This document shows, one piece after another, positions 24,501 through 36,966 of a stretch of 64,000 nucleotides of DNA. How positions within the stretch are numbered: position 1 is the first letter of the stretch; every line of letters begins with the position of its first letter. Source of the DNA: Paraspadella gotoi (taxonomy: Eukaryota > Animalia > Chaetognatha); NCBI GenBank assembly GCA_051294375.1, contig CM119271.1, forward strand, positions 2,308,677 through 2,372,676. Reading direction: 5' to 3'. The notes below the pieces were generated by a model. That model was not told the DNA's origin. It did no database searches and was given only the letters and a program-made list of their open reading frames with translations. A program made the position numbers and the translations under genes.

Positions 24501-27500
24501 TTGATTCATTCCTTGATTCATTCCTTGATTCATTCCTTGATTCATTCCTGGGTTCATCCCTTGATTCATTCCTGGGTTCATCCCTTGATTCATTCCTGGG
24601 TTCATCCCTTGATTCATCCCTTGATTCAATCCCTGATTCATATGAGCCATTCCCGTCATTCCCGAATTAATTCCCGGGTGAGAATTTCCGGCGAACTTCT
24701 GGCCCGGCCCCCAAGACATTTGTCCAGGGATTCCCCCGGATCCGTCGGAGGAAAACCCGCCCATGTTGTTTAAAGACTGTTGTCCCGGCGCCATTGATTG
24801 ATTCATGGAATTGGCGGCGCCGCCGGCTCCCTCGCTACCGAAGGAAGAAGCGGATGATGGTCTGGAAGAACCTTGAGCGCCTCTGAAGGCGGCGTTTGGC
24901 GTGGGCCCGCCCTGGAAACCGCCACCGCCGGTTCCGCCTTCCGGAAAGTCGTAAGGAGACAAGGAGGCGCTGCCGGCGCTAAATGGCGATTCGTCGGCTT
25001 CATCTATCCGGCGTTGTTTGGAGTTTTTACCGGATAGGAGACCTCCAGGTGCTGGTCCTCCACCCGGCGGTTCCTCCTGAGCGCCTATCGAACCTGGCGG
25101 CATCCCCATGTCCGACGGAAGGGCCTTTCTTTTCTTGCCACTCTTGATCGGCATCCTGCCCCGGTTTCCCGAATTAGGACTGTTGTTGCTGTTAAGCAGG
25201 TTCAGCAAGAGCTGGTCGCTAGATTTCGTCGGCTGTGGACCGGATGACTGCTGCTGCGACGCTTGCATGGTCATGGGCCGTGATGGTTGGCTCATGGGAA
25301 CTTTGGACCCGAAGACGGAAGATCCGGCGTTACTCCCGGGGGAAGACGTCGCTGCCGAGGCCGCCGGCCCTGTTGATGTAGGAGGTCCCGTTATCATAAC
25401 GTCGTTGTCTTGACCAATATTCGACTTCGCTTGAGACGTCGTCGGCTTTCTTGACATCTCCTTTTGCTGCTGCTGCTGTTGTTGCTGTTGAATTTGCTGC
25501 TGACGCATCGCCTGAGCGGCGGCTACTGCAGCTTTAGCGGCGGCCTCGGCCCGCGCGCGTAAGATGTCGGCGATTTTGCCCATTTTCTTCTGCTTTCGCT
25601 CTTTCTGAAGTTCAAAGCACCGCTTGACAACAGTCCTCATAGTAACGGGAATGGAAAGAGTTTTGTTCAACACTTTGGTGGCCAACTCGTTTGAGGGAAG
25701 AAGGGAGGAGTCCACTCCGCCTCGTAAGATGCAAGTGGCTTGGCCCACGTCCTGTCGTCGGCGAAAAAGGAAAAGAAGTTAAAAACTCTCTCCACAAGCA
25801 GGTCACAAACGTTTTCTCTCGCCCTAACCTTCAAACTGATCTCGACGGCCACCATTCCACCGGGATCTCCGCCCATGGGCTCCATCTCCGCGTCCAGCTG
25901 CCCTAACAGCTCGTCGTCCACTTCGACGTCCTCGAAGTCGTTGTCCTCTTCAATTTCGAAGTAGACGCAGATCTTGTTGACGCTGTGTGCCTCAACTTCG
26001 AACGCGTGATGTTTGGAAGGCTGCGTCTCGGCCGGTGGAGTTCCTGAGGGGAAAGAAAAAAAAAACATTTGATTAACTTAATAAATATTGTCTAAGTCAA
26101 TGTCTAATGTGAGGATTTTTATTCTGAAATACCCGCTTTAGGATGCCGGACGCAGCTGGCGACGACCGTATTGAACACCATCTGGGTCCTCAGAAGAGAG
26201 AGGATCTGAGGGACGGCGGTCGGGTGAGTGAAGCCGACGCCGCCGACGAGAAAACCGCTCATCGCCAACTTCTTTCTACCCTCCTCCAAGAGGGTCTTGC
26301 GCGGGAATGACTCGAGTGGGTGGAAGTCGGAAATGTTGTTGAAAATGTAGCTGAATAAAAGGATGGAAGAGAAGTCACTAACACATTTCAAATCTACATA
26401 TTCCATAAAATAGGCAAAAAATATAGTTTAATTTTTTTTACCCCGGTTATCATCCCGATCCACTTACGAGTGAGTCTGATTTGGCAACCGGACAGTGAGA
26501 GGGAACGGAGTCTGCACCTTCCAGTCGCCCATTTTTTCGCCAAACAAGCGGACGGTCAACGAGGTGGACGTCTCGGCCGCGGTCTGCTTGGCGGCTGTGG
26601 CAACGTTGGCGGAGCCCTTCGAGCAGGAGTCGAGCAGCCGCTGCTGCTTGCGCAGTTCCTGCTCCACGATGAGAGGAATGAGGTCGTGGGCGGCGACCGA
26701 GGAGGCGGCGGAAGAGACGTCGGGAGCAGAGGAAGAGGAGTCGAAGAGTCTGGGTGGAAAAAAGAAGTAATAATAAATTAATAATAGATTGAAATTTAAC
26801 TCATTCCAAACTAATTCGACACGACCTGATGCTAGAATATCCCGCCTTGGTGATATCGAGCACGGTCTTAATAAGCTCCTCCGACATAGGCACCGCCATC
26901 AACGGATTGACGGCGCCGATCGAAGATGGTCGCCCGGCGGCGTCGGTCATTGGCGTCGCCTTGGAAATCGGCGCGGTTCCGGGATGAAGGTCGTCGAGAC
27001 GAAGGGCGAATCGGGCGGTCATGACCGTGGAATTCGCCGCCGTGAGTGAAGCGAAGGAGGGAATCTTTTTGCCTGAATAGAAGCGGAAAATGGAAAGAAG
27101 CGGAAAATGGAAAGAAGCGGAAAATGGAAAGAAGCGGAAAATGGAAAGAAGCGGAAAATGGAAAGAAGCGGAAAATGGAAAGGCAACTCACTCAACTCAC
27201 CCCCTTTTTCACTCACCCTCGGCGTTGATCTTTAAAGTAAGCAGAGGCATATGCTGAAGTCGATGGCAAGGCGGATCGCCCCGGGCGGCGTTGGCCGGGC
27301 TCGGGCTCGGCACGGCCTCGATGACGACGGCGGCGCGGCGACCCAACTTCCGGTCGGCCAGCGTGTCGAGAGTCCACGGGATGAACTCTCGCTTCTCGGC
27401 GTCGAGCAGATCGTAGGGAGCGACGAAGAAGGTGAGGGAAAGGGGACGTCCGCCCACGCGGGGGGAGAGAACGCCCACCGGGGCGCGGAGGACTAAAGAG

Positions 27501-29668
27501 GAGACGTCGTGTTTGAGGAGGGAGGATGTGCCTGGGAAGGAAATGTGAGGGCGAAGATTAAAACAGAATGAGGTTTGGAATTTGATTTTTAAACTCATTT
27601 GCATGTTGCAGTAACGAGTTAAAACTAAAGGGCAAATTTTAATTCAATTTGAATTTTAGTAATATTATATCGTTTAATCGTTAAAAAAGAATGGAAGGAC
27701 AAGTCAACAATTAGCATGTGATTTTACCCTCATAAAAACGTTACACCAGCACATTTTAAAATCAATGATTCGTCTCCTTATAAATACATACCAGTTGGTA
27801 TATTTTACGTGACTAAAATGCTCATTTTTTTAAATATCATTATATTATCATTATATATTTTTAATATCATTATAAAAAAAAATATATATCATTCATTAAA
27901 ATTGGTCACTTATATATAATAAAAGTTTTTCTTCACGAGACATTTTTCCAACCTAAATAAGGATAGAGAAATGATTTTCAAAGCCAACGACTTTCGACTC
28001 ACCCTGAATGTGCGCCAAGACGTCGAGGTCTTCCTCCAACGCCCTTAACGACAACCAGATCTTGCTCCGGTTGACGTTCTCCCCCTGGAAGTTGTCGTAG
28101 ATGGCCATGAGGCCGCGGAGGTGGCGGACGAACTCGTCGAAGCGGCGCTCGTTGAGCAGGAGCGCCATCTCGGCGCAGGAGATGGGGTCGCTCGTGTGGT
28201 AGATCTTCACGTCGGAGACGAGATCCGGCGGAGGCGGGCAAGAGGAGTCCGGAGGAAAGAGGGAAGACGAGGCTACGGGTCGAGGGGATGAAGGGATGAA
28301 GGGAAAAATCTAATGGTTATTATGTAATTGGTACAACCAATATAAAAATTATCCATTCTATTAATAAATAAGCTATCTTGCCCCTGACTTTGGACAGGCT
28401 TGAGTTGGTTAAGGCCTCCATCCCTCTGACAAGATAATAACATACCAGGACCCTGCAAGCTTTCAATCAAGACTCTCTCACTGTCTCGTTTATTCACTCC
28501 CAGAGTACCTCGCTTCCTTATCGATGAAGTGGTATCACGTTTTAAAAAAATGTTTTAATTGTATATATCGTTGACGGTAAGTCAAGGAATGAGGGTAATT
28601 AATAAGTGAAGGCAAATATTTGGTTGACAATAGTTTTATTAACGACAAAGGTAATGACGACACGATGACAAAGGTTACGACAAAGGTGATGACAATAAAT
28701 TGATAATTCAAATATAATTTGAAGAAAAATTCTTTAACGCAACGAAATTTATTATAACTATTAACCAGACATGTTTCCAATTCCAATAGTCGTTCTGTCG
28801 TTCTGTTCGTTGCATTAATCAAATAATTTTAGAATTTAAACCACCAACGAAAAGAAAGGAAAACCAACAAATTGTATATAATATATTGGTTGTACCAATT
28901 TCATATATATATATATATATATAAAAGGACTACTCCTTATTTATTACAATTAAATCTAATACCTTATAAATATTTTTTAGGTTGATTTGAATTCGTACAT
29001 TAGTTTCCAAGTATAATTAATTGCGGAGTAAACCAACGAATTCTACCATACCTAAGACTTAGGCTAAGTAAAAAAATCCAAATTTTTAAACGCCTTTTCG
29101 ATTTTTACCCGGCTCGTTGTTCGACTTGGCCAAGGGATTCAGTTTGATCTCCACGTAGAAAGTGTCAGAGGAAAGGAAGACGTCGAAACCGTGTTGGACG
29201 GTGAACTGCATGCACGTGTTTGTGTCCGCGTTGACCACGTTACGCGCGCAATCCTCCAGCTTTTCCAGCATCAATTCCAAAGTCGTAACGGGCACGTGCT
29301 TGGAGAGAGTCTCCACCGACTTTTTCGTAGTCTTAATTGGAAATACAAAATATTATTGAATCTGTAAAAGAGCTAAATGGTCCTAAAAAAACAGTAAACA
29401 TAGCTCTAGTAGTATGTAAATTAATATAAAACCACAAAATTAATACCTGCATTTGATCGTCGACGCTTCTCTGAACGACGGTCGAAGCCGCGGCCATGTT
29501 ATTGGCCACGCCCCCGCTGGAAACGCCGACGCGGAAGAGCGCGTTCTTGACTTCGGTCCATTTGACCGCGGAGCCGCGTTTGGCGTCGAGGAGACGAAGC
29601 TTCTCCAAGAGCTTGTTGCGTTTGATTACGGCGGCGTCGCCGGTCGAGATCGACTCGGTCGTCGCCAT
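21512..29668 (-). CDS. MED1: Mediator complex subunit 1, multi-exon
   Basis: N-terminal MED1 domain (LLEKLR...KWTEV; VTTLELMLEKLE...FLSSDTFYVEIKL; ISCAEM...FDEFVRHLRGL..IWLSLRALEEDL; VGFTHPTAVPQILSLLRTQMVFNTVVASCVR; KVLNKTLSIPVTMRTV), an LxxLL motif (LLNLL) and a long Ser-rich tail. Confidence 0.93.
24330..24645 (-). repeat. Coding 12-bp tandem repeat (GMNQ/GMNP)n within MED1
   Basis: ttcattccttga/ttcatcccttga/ttcattcctggg units translate to MNQGMNPGMNQG... Confidence 0.9.
27080..27181. repeat. Intronic minisatellite, 6 x 17 bp (gaagcggaaaatggaaa)
   Basis: Perfect tandem units inside a MED1 intron, next to the 3' splice site. Confidence 0.95.
28321..28905. mobile_element. Non-autonomous DNA transposon/MITE-like element with about 24-bp terminal inverted repeats, in a MED1 intron
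   Basis: Left end tatgtaattggtacaaccaatata (28321-28344) and right end tatattggttgtaccaatttcata (28882-28905) differ by one mismatch. The left about 210 bp recurs at 58561-58757 (reverse), 59839-60449 and 5575-5670. Confidence 0.7.
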
Positions 29669-31207
29669 TTTAAACTATTTTCTTTATTTTTATTTTTATA
29701 TCAAGGGAAAGGGAAGCGTCTTAAAGTTTTCATCTCTTGTCAAGGCGCTCATTTTCTCCCCCTGATACAAGTTTTATCACTAGAAAGTGTAAAAAGAGTA
29801 AAGGAATGTGATGAGATTCATTAACTCTTGTCTAAAAAATATACTCGAAATAAAAAATAAAAATCCCAGAGATTCTATCGGCTACTGAGTGGTAGAGAAG
29901 AGAGAAGCTCGTCATGTCAACTGCCTCGGTGTTAAAAGATCTTGGAAATGATGTAAACTAGAATCTAACTCTATTCGTAGGAAAATGATATGTTTTAATG
30001 TTTATGAATAATACTATCGCTTAGCAATTTGCACTAAATGCTGCCTAAATAGTAAATGTGGGATCCTCTCAATCGCTCTTAAACATTACATGATAATAAT
30101 ACATTTTTGTTCATTCAAATTACTGGTAAAACTTTTTTTCATCCGGCTTTTGCAATCCAGACCCGGTATATTACAAATTGGCATCGTATAAAATATGGCT
30201 TCCCGTGACTGGCATAATGAGTATCGATTGCAGTTAGGCGATTATCGAGAAAAATGATAATATATATTATGTAGAATGTAGATACATACACAAAGATCCC
30301 AGGTTTTTCGAAAGACTAGACAGAGAACAGGTGCCGATTAAAATTTCTTACGAAAAAAAAAAAGATCTCGTGAATTGTGAATGCAATTAATAGATTGCTA
30401 ATTGCTTATTAGTAGTAGTTCTTCATGCGCTCCGAGATAGGAATCGTACAATACCAACAGTAAAGGCCATAAACCAAACAAAAAATTAGTGCGGATTAAT
30501 TCCGAAAACTATTTGAAAATAGGTTAAAGATGATTGCTTCATCCAGTGCGATAACAAGTAAATAGTACAAGATTATAAACGAAGGCTATCCCAGAATAGT
30601 TCCTGTATGTATAGTCAATATCTTTATAAAAAGTATTCTCATCAAGATACAACGAATAATTAAAATATCGACATAAAACATTAAATTATAATGAAACCCT
30701 TCCGGCTGCAGGTAATATCAACCACGAAATAATGTATATAACTAATGAATATATATATATATATATAAAAAATCTTATCAATGCGTTTTGTTTTGGTCTC
30801 ATTTTGATTTGGGGAAAAACGAACACAATATAAATGAATACTAGTAAATGTAATATTGTAGGGAAACTAAAGAGGTGATGAATCAACAAACGGAACAAAC
30901 TGCGAGTGAGAGACGAACATATCGTCCATGCAAAAAAAAAAAAAAACAAAAAACAAAACAAACAAAAAAAACAACCAAAAAAACCGCAACACCGTTTTAA
31001 ACATTTATCTGCAAGAAATACCCCGAAAAAAATACTACGCAAATTTAAATAGTTTTAAATGCGTGTCATACTGTCATAGTCATACATTCCTTCAAAATTC
31101 CACGTCAGCGCAACGTTAAAATGTTGTCCTTTTATTCTTTTCGTCAAAAGATATATAAATAAAACTAACCCCAATTAAACATAAGGAAAGAAAAAGGAGA
31201 ATCGAGG

Positions 31208-34200
31208 CTACAAGGCGGCGATTTCTCCCGATCCCTGGCTCGTCCTTCCGTCCTCTCCGGCTTCTCTGATCACCACCTTTCCGTTTTCCAGTTCGGCGAC
31301 GCTCTCTTTGACTCCGGGATCGACTTTCTCCTCGTTCTCAATCCCCGCCTCTTCCTCCTTCCCCTCCCCAGTTTCTCCTCCTCCTCCCCCGCAAATCCTC
31401 AGAGAGCACCCCTTCATCTCCGTCGAGGCCAAAATGTCCAACAGCATGAGCACCCCGGTCAAGGAGTTACCGCACACAAACGCCGTCCACAGGGCGTAAA
31501 GATCGACGACCACGGCGGCCAAGCAGAGACCCCAAAGGGCCGCGAGGATGAGCACCACACGGACGAGGCGATTAGCCCAGGAGCGGACGAGCAGCGTCGC
31601 CGGGTAGACGGCGCTGGCGGAGCGAACTGCGTGGGCCGAGACGGTGGCCAGCAGCAGCAAGGAGAGAAAGAGGGCGGCGCCGGCGGGGACGGCGAAGTAA
31701 GTGAGGAAGGAATCGCGGGAGGAGGGCCAGCAGAGGTTGAGGCCGATGCGTTCCACGACCTGTGTCGGAGACGATATCGTGAACAATCTCAAAGTCATTA
31801 AACTTACCGATGCGCAATATTTATTTGATTCGTGTTTGATTATATTTATTGTTTCCATTTCTCCTTTTCCTATTTTTGTTTCCATTTCTGTTTCTTTGTT
31901 TATTATCTTATGTACATTTTTAATGATATAAGAGTTCTTCAATCTCATTTACATATTGTAGCAGACTAGATTAATATTCATATATTTTGAATCGGTTTAC
32001 GTAGATGTTTATTTTACTATTTTAATAGGGTTTAATAATGATTTAGGAATAATACAAGTCAAGTACAATAGAAAGACTGCAGAGCGAGTTTCTGCCTTCA
32101 ACTTTATTCCCTCACCTCGTGATCCAGCGAATATGGCGGAAGTGATTCGTGCTTCTTCAGGATATAGATCGCCGTCAGAGGAAAGGGCATCAGCCAGCTA
32201 AAAATCGATGCCAGGCTGAACCTCAAACAGTTTCGTCGATGTCCCTGCGGCGAGGCCCGCGGATCGCGCAGGAACAGCTCCTGACAGTAAAGCGGCGACC
32301 TCGTCCCCGAATAGGCGAAGATAGGAAACAGCAGCGCCGCCGTGGCCACGATCCACGTCAGAGTGGTCAGCGCTGTGAAGTGAGTGCCCGCCAGCAGCAG
32401 CACGCAGGTCAGGTCCTCGTGATGAAAGGCCGGCGTGCTCACCACCATGGCCACCTGGCAGAGGGCCAACGAGAGATAAATACAAGCCAGGCAAGAGGAG
32501 AGCAGGCTATGTCGCAAGTCCTCCAGTGTCAGGCAGAGAAGGATGCAGACGAGCAAGGCGAGAACAGAGACTCCCTGGCCAAGAGCGGCGAAGAAAGAAT
32601 GAAGCGGGAGGCCGCCCATGTCGAATGGTGCGGGGAGATCCTCGCCGGCCACAGTCTCCGCCTCATGCGATTGATAGCAGTGAACGAAGGGGCTGTCGCG
32701 TTTCTCGTTGTAGAGAAAGTCTTCGTCGTCGGCGTGGGTGTCGAAGAGATGACGGATCTTGGAATAAAAATCCAGGACACGAAAGATCTTGGGGAAGGGA
32801 AGGTCGTTGCTATCGTCCTTGTGAACGTCGAAGAGAAGGCCGTCGCAGGGAGTGAGAGAAGAGTCGTTCGCCATTGACGACCCGTTGCGGGCGTTCGAAG
32901 TCGTCTCGTTCTTCTCTTTGGGTTGGCACAGCGTGTCATTGACGATGACGCCGTCCACGCAGGTCAAGAGACGGCAACGATCGTGGAAGACGTCGTAAAT
33001 CTGGTTCGGTGGGCAGACGAGGGTTTCCTTGAAGGAGAGTCCATTTCGAGAATGTTTCCGGCCACGCTTCCGACTTCCGCCCTTCTTTCCGGCGCTCTTT
33101 TTTTCCGGCGGAGTGTGCCGCAAGAGGACGCTTAACGTCTGCTCGGCGCCCTCGACGTCGACGGCGCGCGGCGCCGAAAGGTCAACGCGAGCGGCCAAGG
33201 GCGGCAGCTTGGCACCGCCTTTCCCGCCCTTTTTACGTCGAGTCTTGGCGAAGCACCAGAGTTTGTCGACGAAGGAACACTGGGCGCAGAACTCGTTGCG
33301 GTAGGCGAGCGAGGAGGCGTCGAAGGCGAAGTTGGTGTCGCCGTTGAGGCAGCGAAGTTTGACTTCGACGTCCCCGACCCAGGATGCATCGCATTCCGAT
33401 TTGAATGGGAGACAGGAGCGGGAAGAGTGCGTCTGAATTGGGTGAGGGGAGGAAGAGTAAAATAATTTAATCAAAATATTAAATTATAAAAACAAATCTT
33501 CACAGCTTAAACAATTCAAACAATGGCGACGATCGATATGCGACCGACCTGAACCGGGGTGAACTGCAGAGAACACTCGGCGTTGAGCGAGGAGTCGATC
33601 CGCTTCAACGTCGCCTCCGCTAAAATCCTCTCGACTTCGTCGGTCGTGTTGACGGCGTTGACGCGAATGTCCTGGCCACCATCCGCTCCAGGTTCGTTCG
33701 TTCGTCTTAATTACGCAGTATAATATTAGTTGGTTAAGGTTATATTATCAGTACTAATATCAAAACTCAATACTGTATTAAAATATTATTTGAATTTTAA
33801 ACATTAAATTTAAAACATTTGCATAAATATCATGATGGAAACGAGAACGTCTCTCTTTTAGCTATTTCTTTCCTTCATTACCATACTTAGATATTATTTT
33901 AGATACTATTTTAAGGGACCATTTCGATGGTTTGACCTTTTGAAAAGTGCAATTAGCCAATTCAAGTAAGGCAAAAACTCAACACACCCCTTTCCAGCCA
34001 CTTACCCTTCCCGTTTCCCCGCCTTCGGCATCTCTTTTCCCAACGTCTCGCTCTCATAATCCAGTTTGATCTTGAAGGCGGTGACGTTGGCTTTGCTCGA
34101 CGGAAGGGAATCCCGCCGCCGGAACTTGAAATAGTCTTCGACGCAATGGAGACTGGCCGACCAGAAGACAAAGCTCTTGACGCCGTTGCAGGTGGCGCAG

Positions 34201-34823
34201 TAGACGTTCTTGAAGAGAGCGCCGGTCGCGGCGTCGTGGACCGGCCAGTTGAGCAACCGGTCGTAAAGGTTGTAGTGACGGCAGAGTCTTTCGGTGTATG
34301 GGTCCTGCCAAGAGCCCGGACAGTAGGACACCATGAGGTAGTGCGGGGAGGGGATTTCTGTGGCCACCTTGCGGCACGACCACCAGTACGAACGCCAACG
34401 GACGAACACGGGGTCTCGTTCCAGGGAAGTAACGGAAGAAGCGTCGCCGCAGCAGTCGCCGTAGACGTGGCAGAGGCGGTCGCAGGAGCACCCAAAAGGC
34501 GTCCCGCCCGAGGAGCACAGCGCCGCCGCGGTGCGGTTGAGCGCGCAGCGAACGTGCGGCGCGGCCGCGGCGCGGCGCTGAGTGGCGGGCGACGGCGAGG
34601 CGGCGCCGGCGGTGGGAGGTTCGTCGATGGATACGTAGACGGGGGAGGAACGAAAGTCAGGGACGTTTGTGGGAGTGGAGAGTTTGGCGCGGGCGGTATT
34701 GTGTTGGGAGGGAGAGACGAGAGGGGAATCTGCGAGGGGGAGATCTGCCGCGCGGGGGACGAGGGGGTCGCCTTGACCGGTAAGGCACCGTAGGAGGAGG
34801 AGGAAGAGAAGAGAAAAACCCAT
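31208..34823 (-). CDS. Class B/adhesion-type GPCR with a somatomedin-B-like Cys-rich ectodomain, multi-exon
   Basis: Signal peptide, then CSCDRLCHVYGDCC (SMB-like), repeated Cys motifs (FKNVYCATCN; YRNEFCAQCS) and seven hydrophobic segments (LGQGVSVLALLVCILLC...THFTALTTLTW..SWLMPFPL..CW..YFAVP..LAALWGL..GNSLTGVLML). Confidence 0.85.
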
Positions 34824-35204
34824 GGCGCTTTTTTGAAGAACTTAGTTTCAACTCGGGGGCCATCTGCAGAGACAACTACGGACTAGGATTTCTTTTTACT
34901 TCTTTTTATATGACTATAAAAAAAATTAAAAAAAAAAATGCAATCAGCTACAAATAATTAAAATAATATAATCGAGTCAATGAAATAAAATAACACATTT
35001 CGATATAAATACGTAAAAGATGCGTTGTTTGCCCTGAAAATTAAATGAAAACTGACAATGTAATTATAAATAACTAAAGTAAACTGATTTTGTTATTTCT
35101 TAAATTGCGTAACCAGCAAATAGAAATGTCCGAATAAAATATGATGCAAAACAACAATAGTGGCGGCACATGATCTGCTTTCTTATAGTAATCTCCGAAA
35201 AATA

Positions 35205-36680
35205 CTAAGTTGTACATCCGACCGACCATTCCAAACACTTGGCGACTTCCGTCCCGTTAGTCTTTCGGGACGACAACGATGCCGTCGCCGCCGGCGAAGC
35301 GGAATATCTCGCCAGCGCCGCCTCCACCTCGGCCGGCGTCAGGCGCTTGACCTTGAGGATCCGCTTGGCGACGCAGACGAAATTGGTCCTCGAGTAATCC
35401 CACGGCTTGAAGTCGGGATAGGAGTCGGCGTAGACGCTTTCGAGTTCGGGATGGTCGCGGAAGATGGCGGAGAGGCGAGCGCGGAGGAACTGCTTGGTGT
35501 CGCTGTGTACGGAAAGGCAGCCGGCGCGAAGAAGAGTCACGTATTCGGTGGCAATGAGTTTGGAGACGTCGTAGAAAGTGCTGTGCAGTCAAAGTTTTAA
35601 ATTTTGTAGGTCTTAACAACTTCAAACATTTCCTTTTATCAGTCGCTCATTAATATTATTATTTCCATTATGTCATATCACATGGAGATCGAAGCAGCAT
35701 CCCAGGATAAAAAAAACGTCAATAATATAAATGTTAAATTTAAATTTTAAAGATCCTTAATTCTTCACCTCTTAATAATTTTCCTCGCGATTTCATTTTC
35801 GGTGACGGGAAAAACGGAATCGTTTTTGTAGTGAACGCAGACGTCGATCTTGGCCTTGAGCGACGGCGGCGCCGGAAAAGGCGCCTCTGCGATTTCTGCT
35901 ATTGAGGCGTCGACCTCCCCCGCCGCTCCGATCGCGAACGGATTGGAGTAAGAGTCCATCCGGCGAGAGGAGGAGCGTCCCAAAGGCGCCGGGGGCCCCA
36001 TTGACGCCGCTGCGGCGATCGTATCTACAGTTGGAGGGAGGACATGGTTTAAGAAGGGGGCGTCGCGGTCACCGGCGATCGAGTCGTCGACGAAACAATC
36101 GCCGTTCTCGAGGATGACGGCGTCGTCTTCCTCGTCCTCACGTCCATCGTTTTCTGGAAGTTCGATCACGACGGAAGAATTGTCCCCGACGAAGGGTTTG
36201 ACGTCGTCGTCGGCGGGGAGAGGCGGTGCCACGCGCGCAATCTTGACCGCCGAATCGAGGGCGTGATCGCGGCGGCGCTTGCGCGGAGAGGGTGCCGGAG
36301 GTTGAGGAGGGGCGACCAAACCGATTGGTTGGCCGTAACCGCTACGGAACGGGCGGAGGGAAGTGACGTTGGGATCGACCTGGAGTTCGAGTTCGAGTCC
36401 GGAGGGAACTGAAAAGGGGTGGACCAAAGTTATGGGCGAGTACATAGGTAAATCTGAACCATTTTAATATAAATTTACCCAATCGCCCGTCAATGTAGGC
36501 GTCGCACAGTTGCCTCTTTCCTGCGAATCTCCGCCCCTCCTGCGTGTCGACGATCATGAAGAAACCGGCGTCGGTGACGAGAGCCAGCTTTGACGCCGCC
36601 TCCATCAAGATGGTCGTGATCGAAGCCTCCAGTGCCTGGAGTTGATTCATCAGGGAATGCAACGGCTGACCCGTTGCCAT
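35205..36680 (-). CDS. MADS-like family member C; exons 36479-36680, 35769-36408, 35205-35580
   Basis: N-terminus MATGQPLHSLMNQLQALEASITTILMEAASKLALVTDAGFFMIVDTQEGRRFAGKRQLCDAY. Junctions keep frame (RL|VPSG; IIKS|TFYDVSK). The C-domain is more divergent. Confidence 0.8.
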
Positions 36681-36966
36681 TTTGTCGTTTCGATCGCGGC
36701 GGACAACGATGATTAGTTTGTAATTTATTAGAAAAGCCTCAGCTATAACAATACGACTAGAAGAGAAGGAAAAAAATAAAAGAATCAAGCGAGCAACAAC
36801 TCGGCGTTTGTTCGGATCAAGTCTACTTGAAATCCAGAACGACCGATTCAAATGTAGAATTTGATTGCACGAGATGATATAAATTATAGTGTCTTCGTAA
36901 TCGGATAACTAAATAATAACTGGATGAGAGGAACCGTTTCCTCCCGAAACGACCCTTCATCTAACA

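Noticed and set aside
27080-27181. CRISPR-like array
   Set aside because: The 17-bp units are contiguous with no spacers, in a eukaryotic intron.
30686-31119. ORFs 30686-31042 (-) and 30928-31119 (+)
   Set aside because: Low-complexity A/T-run translations lying in the probable GPCR 3' UTR.
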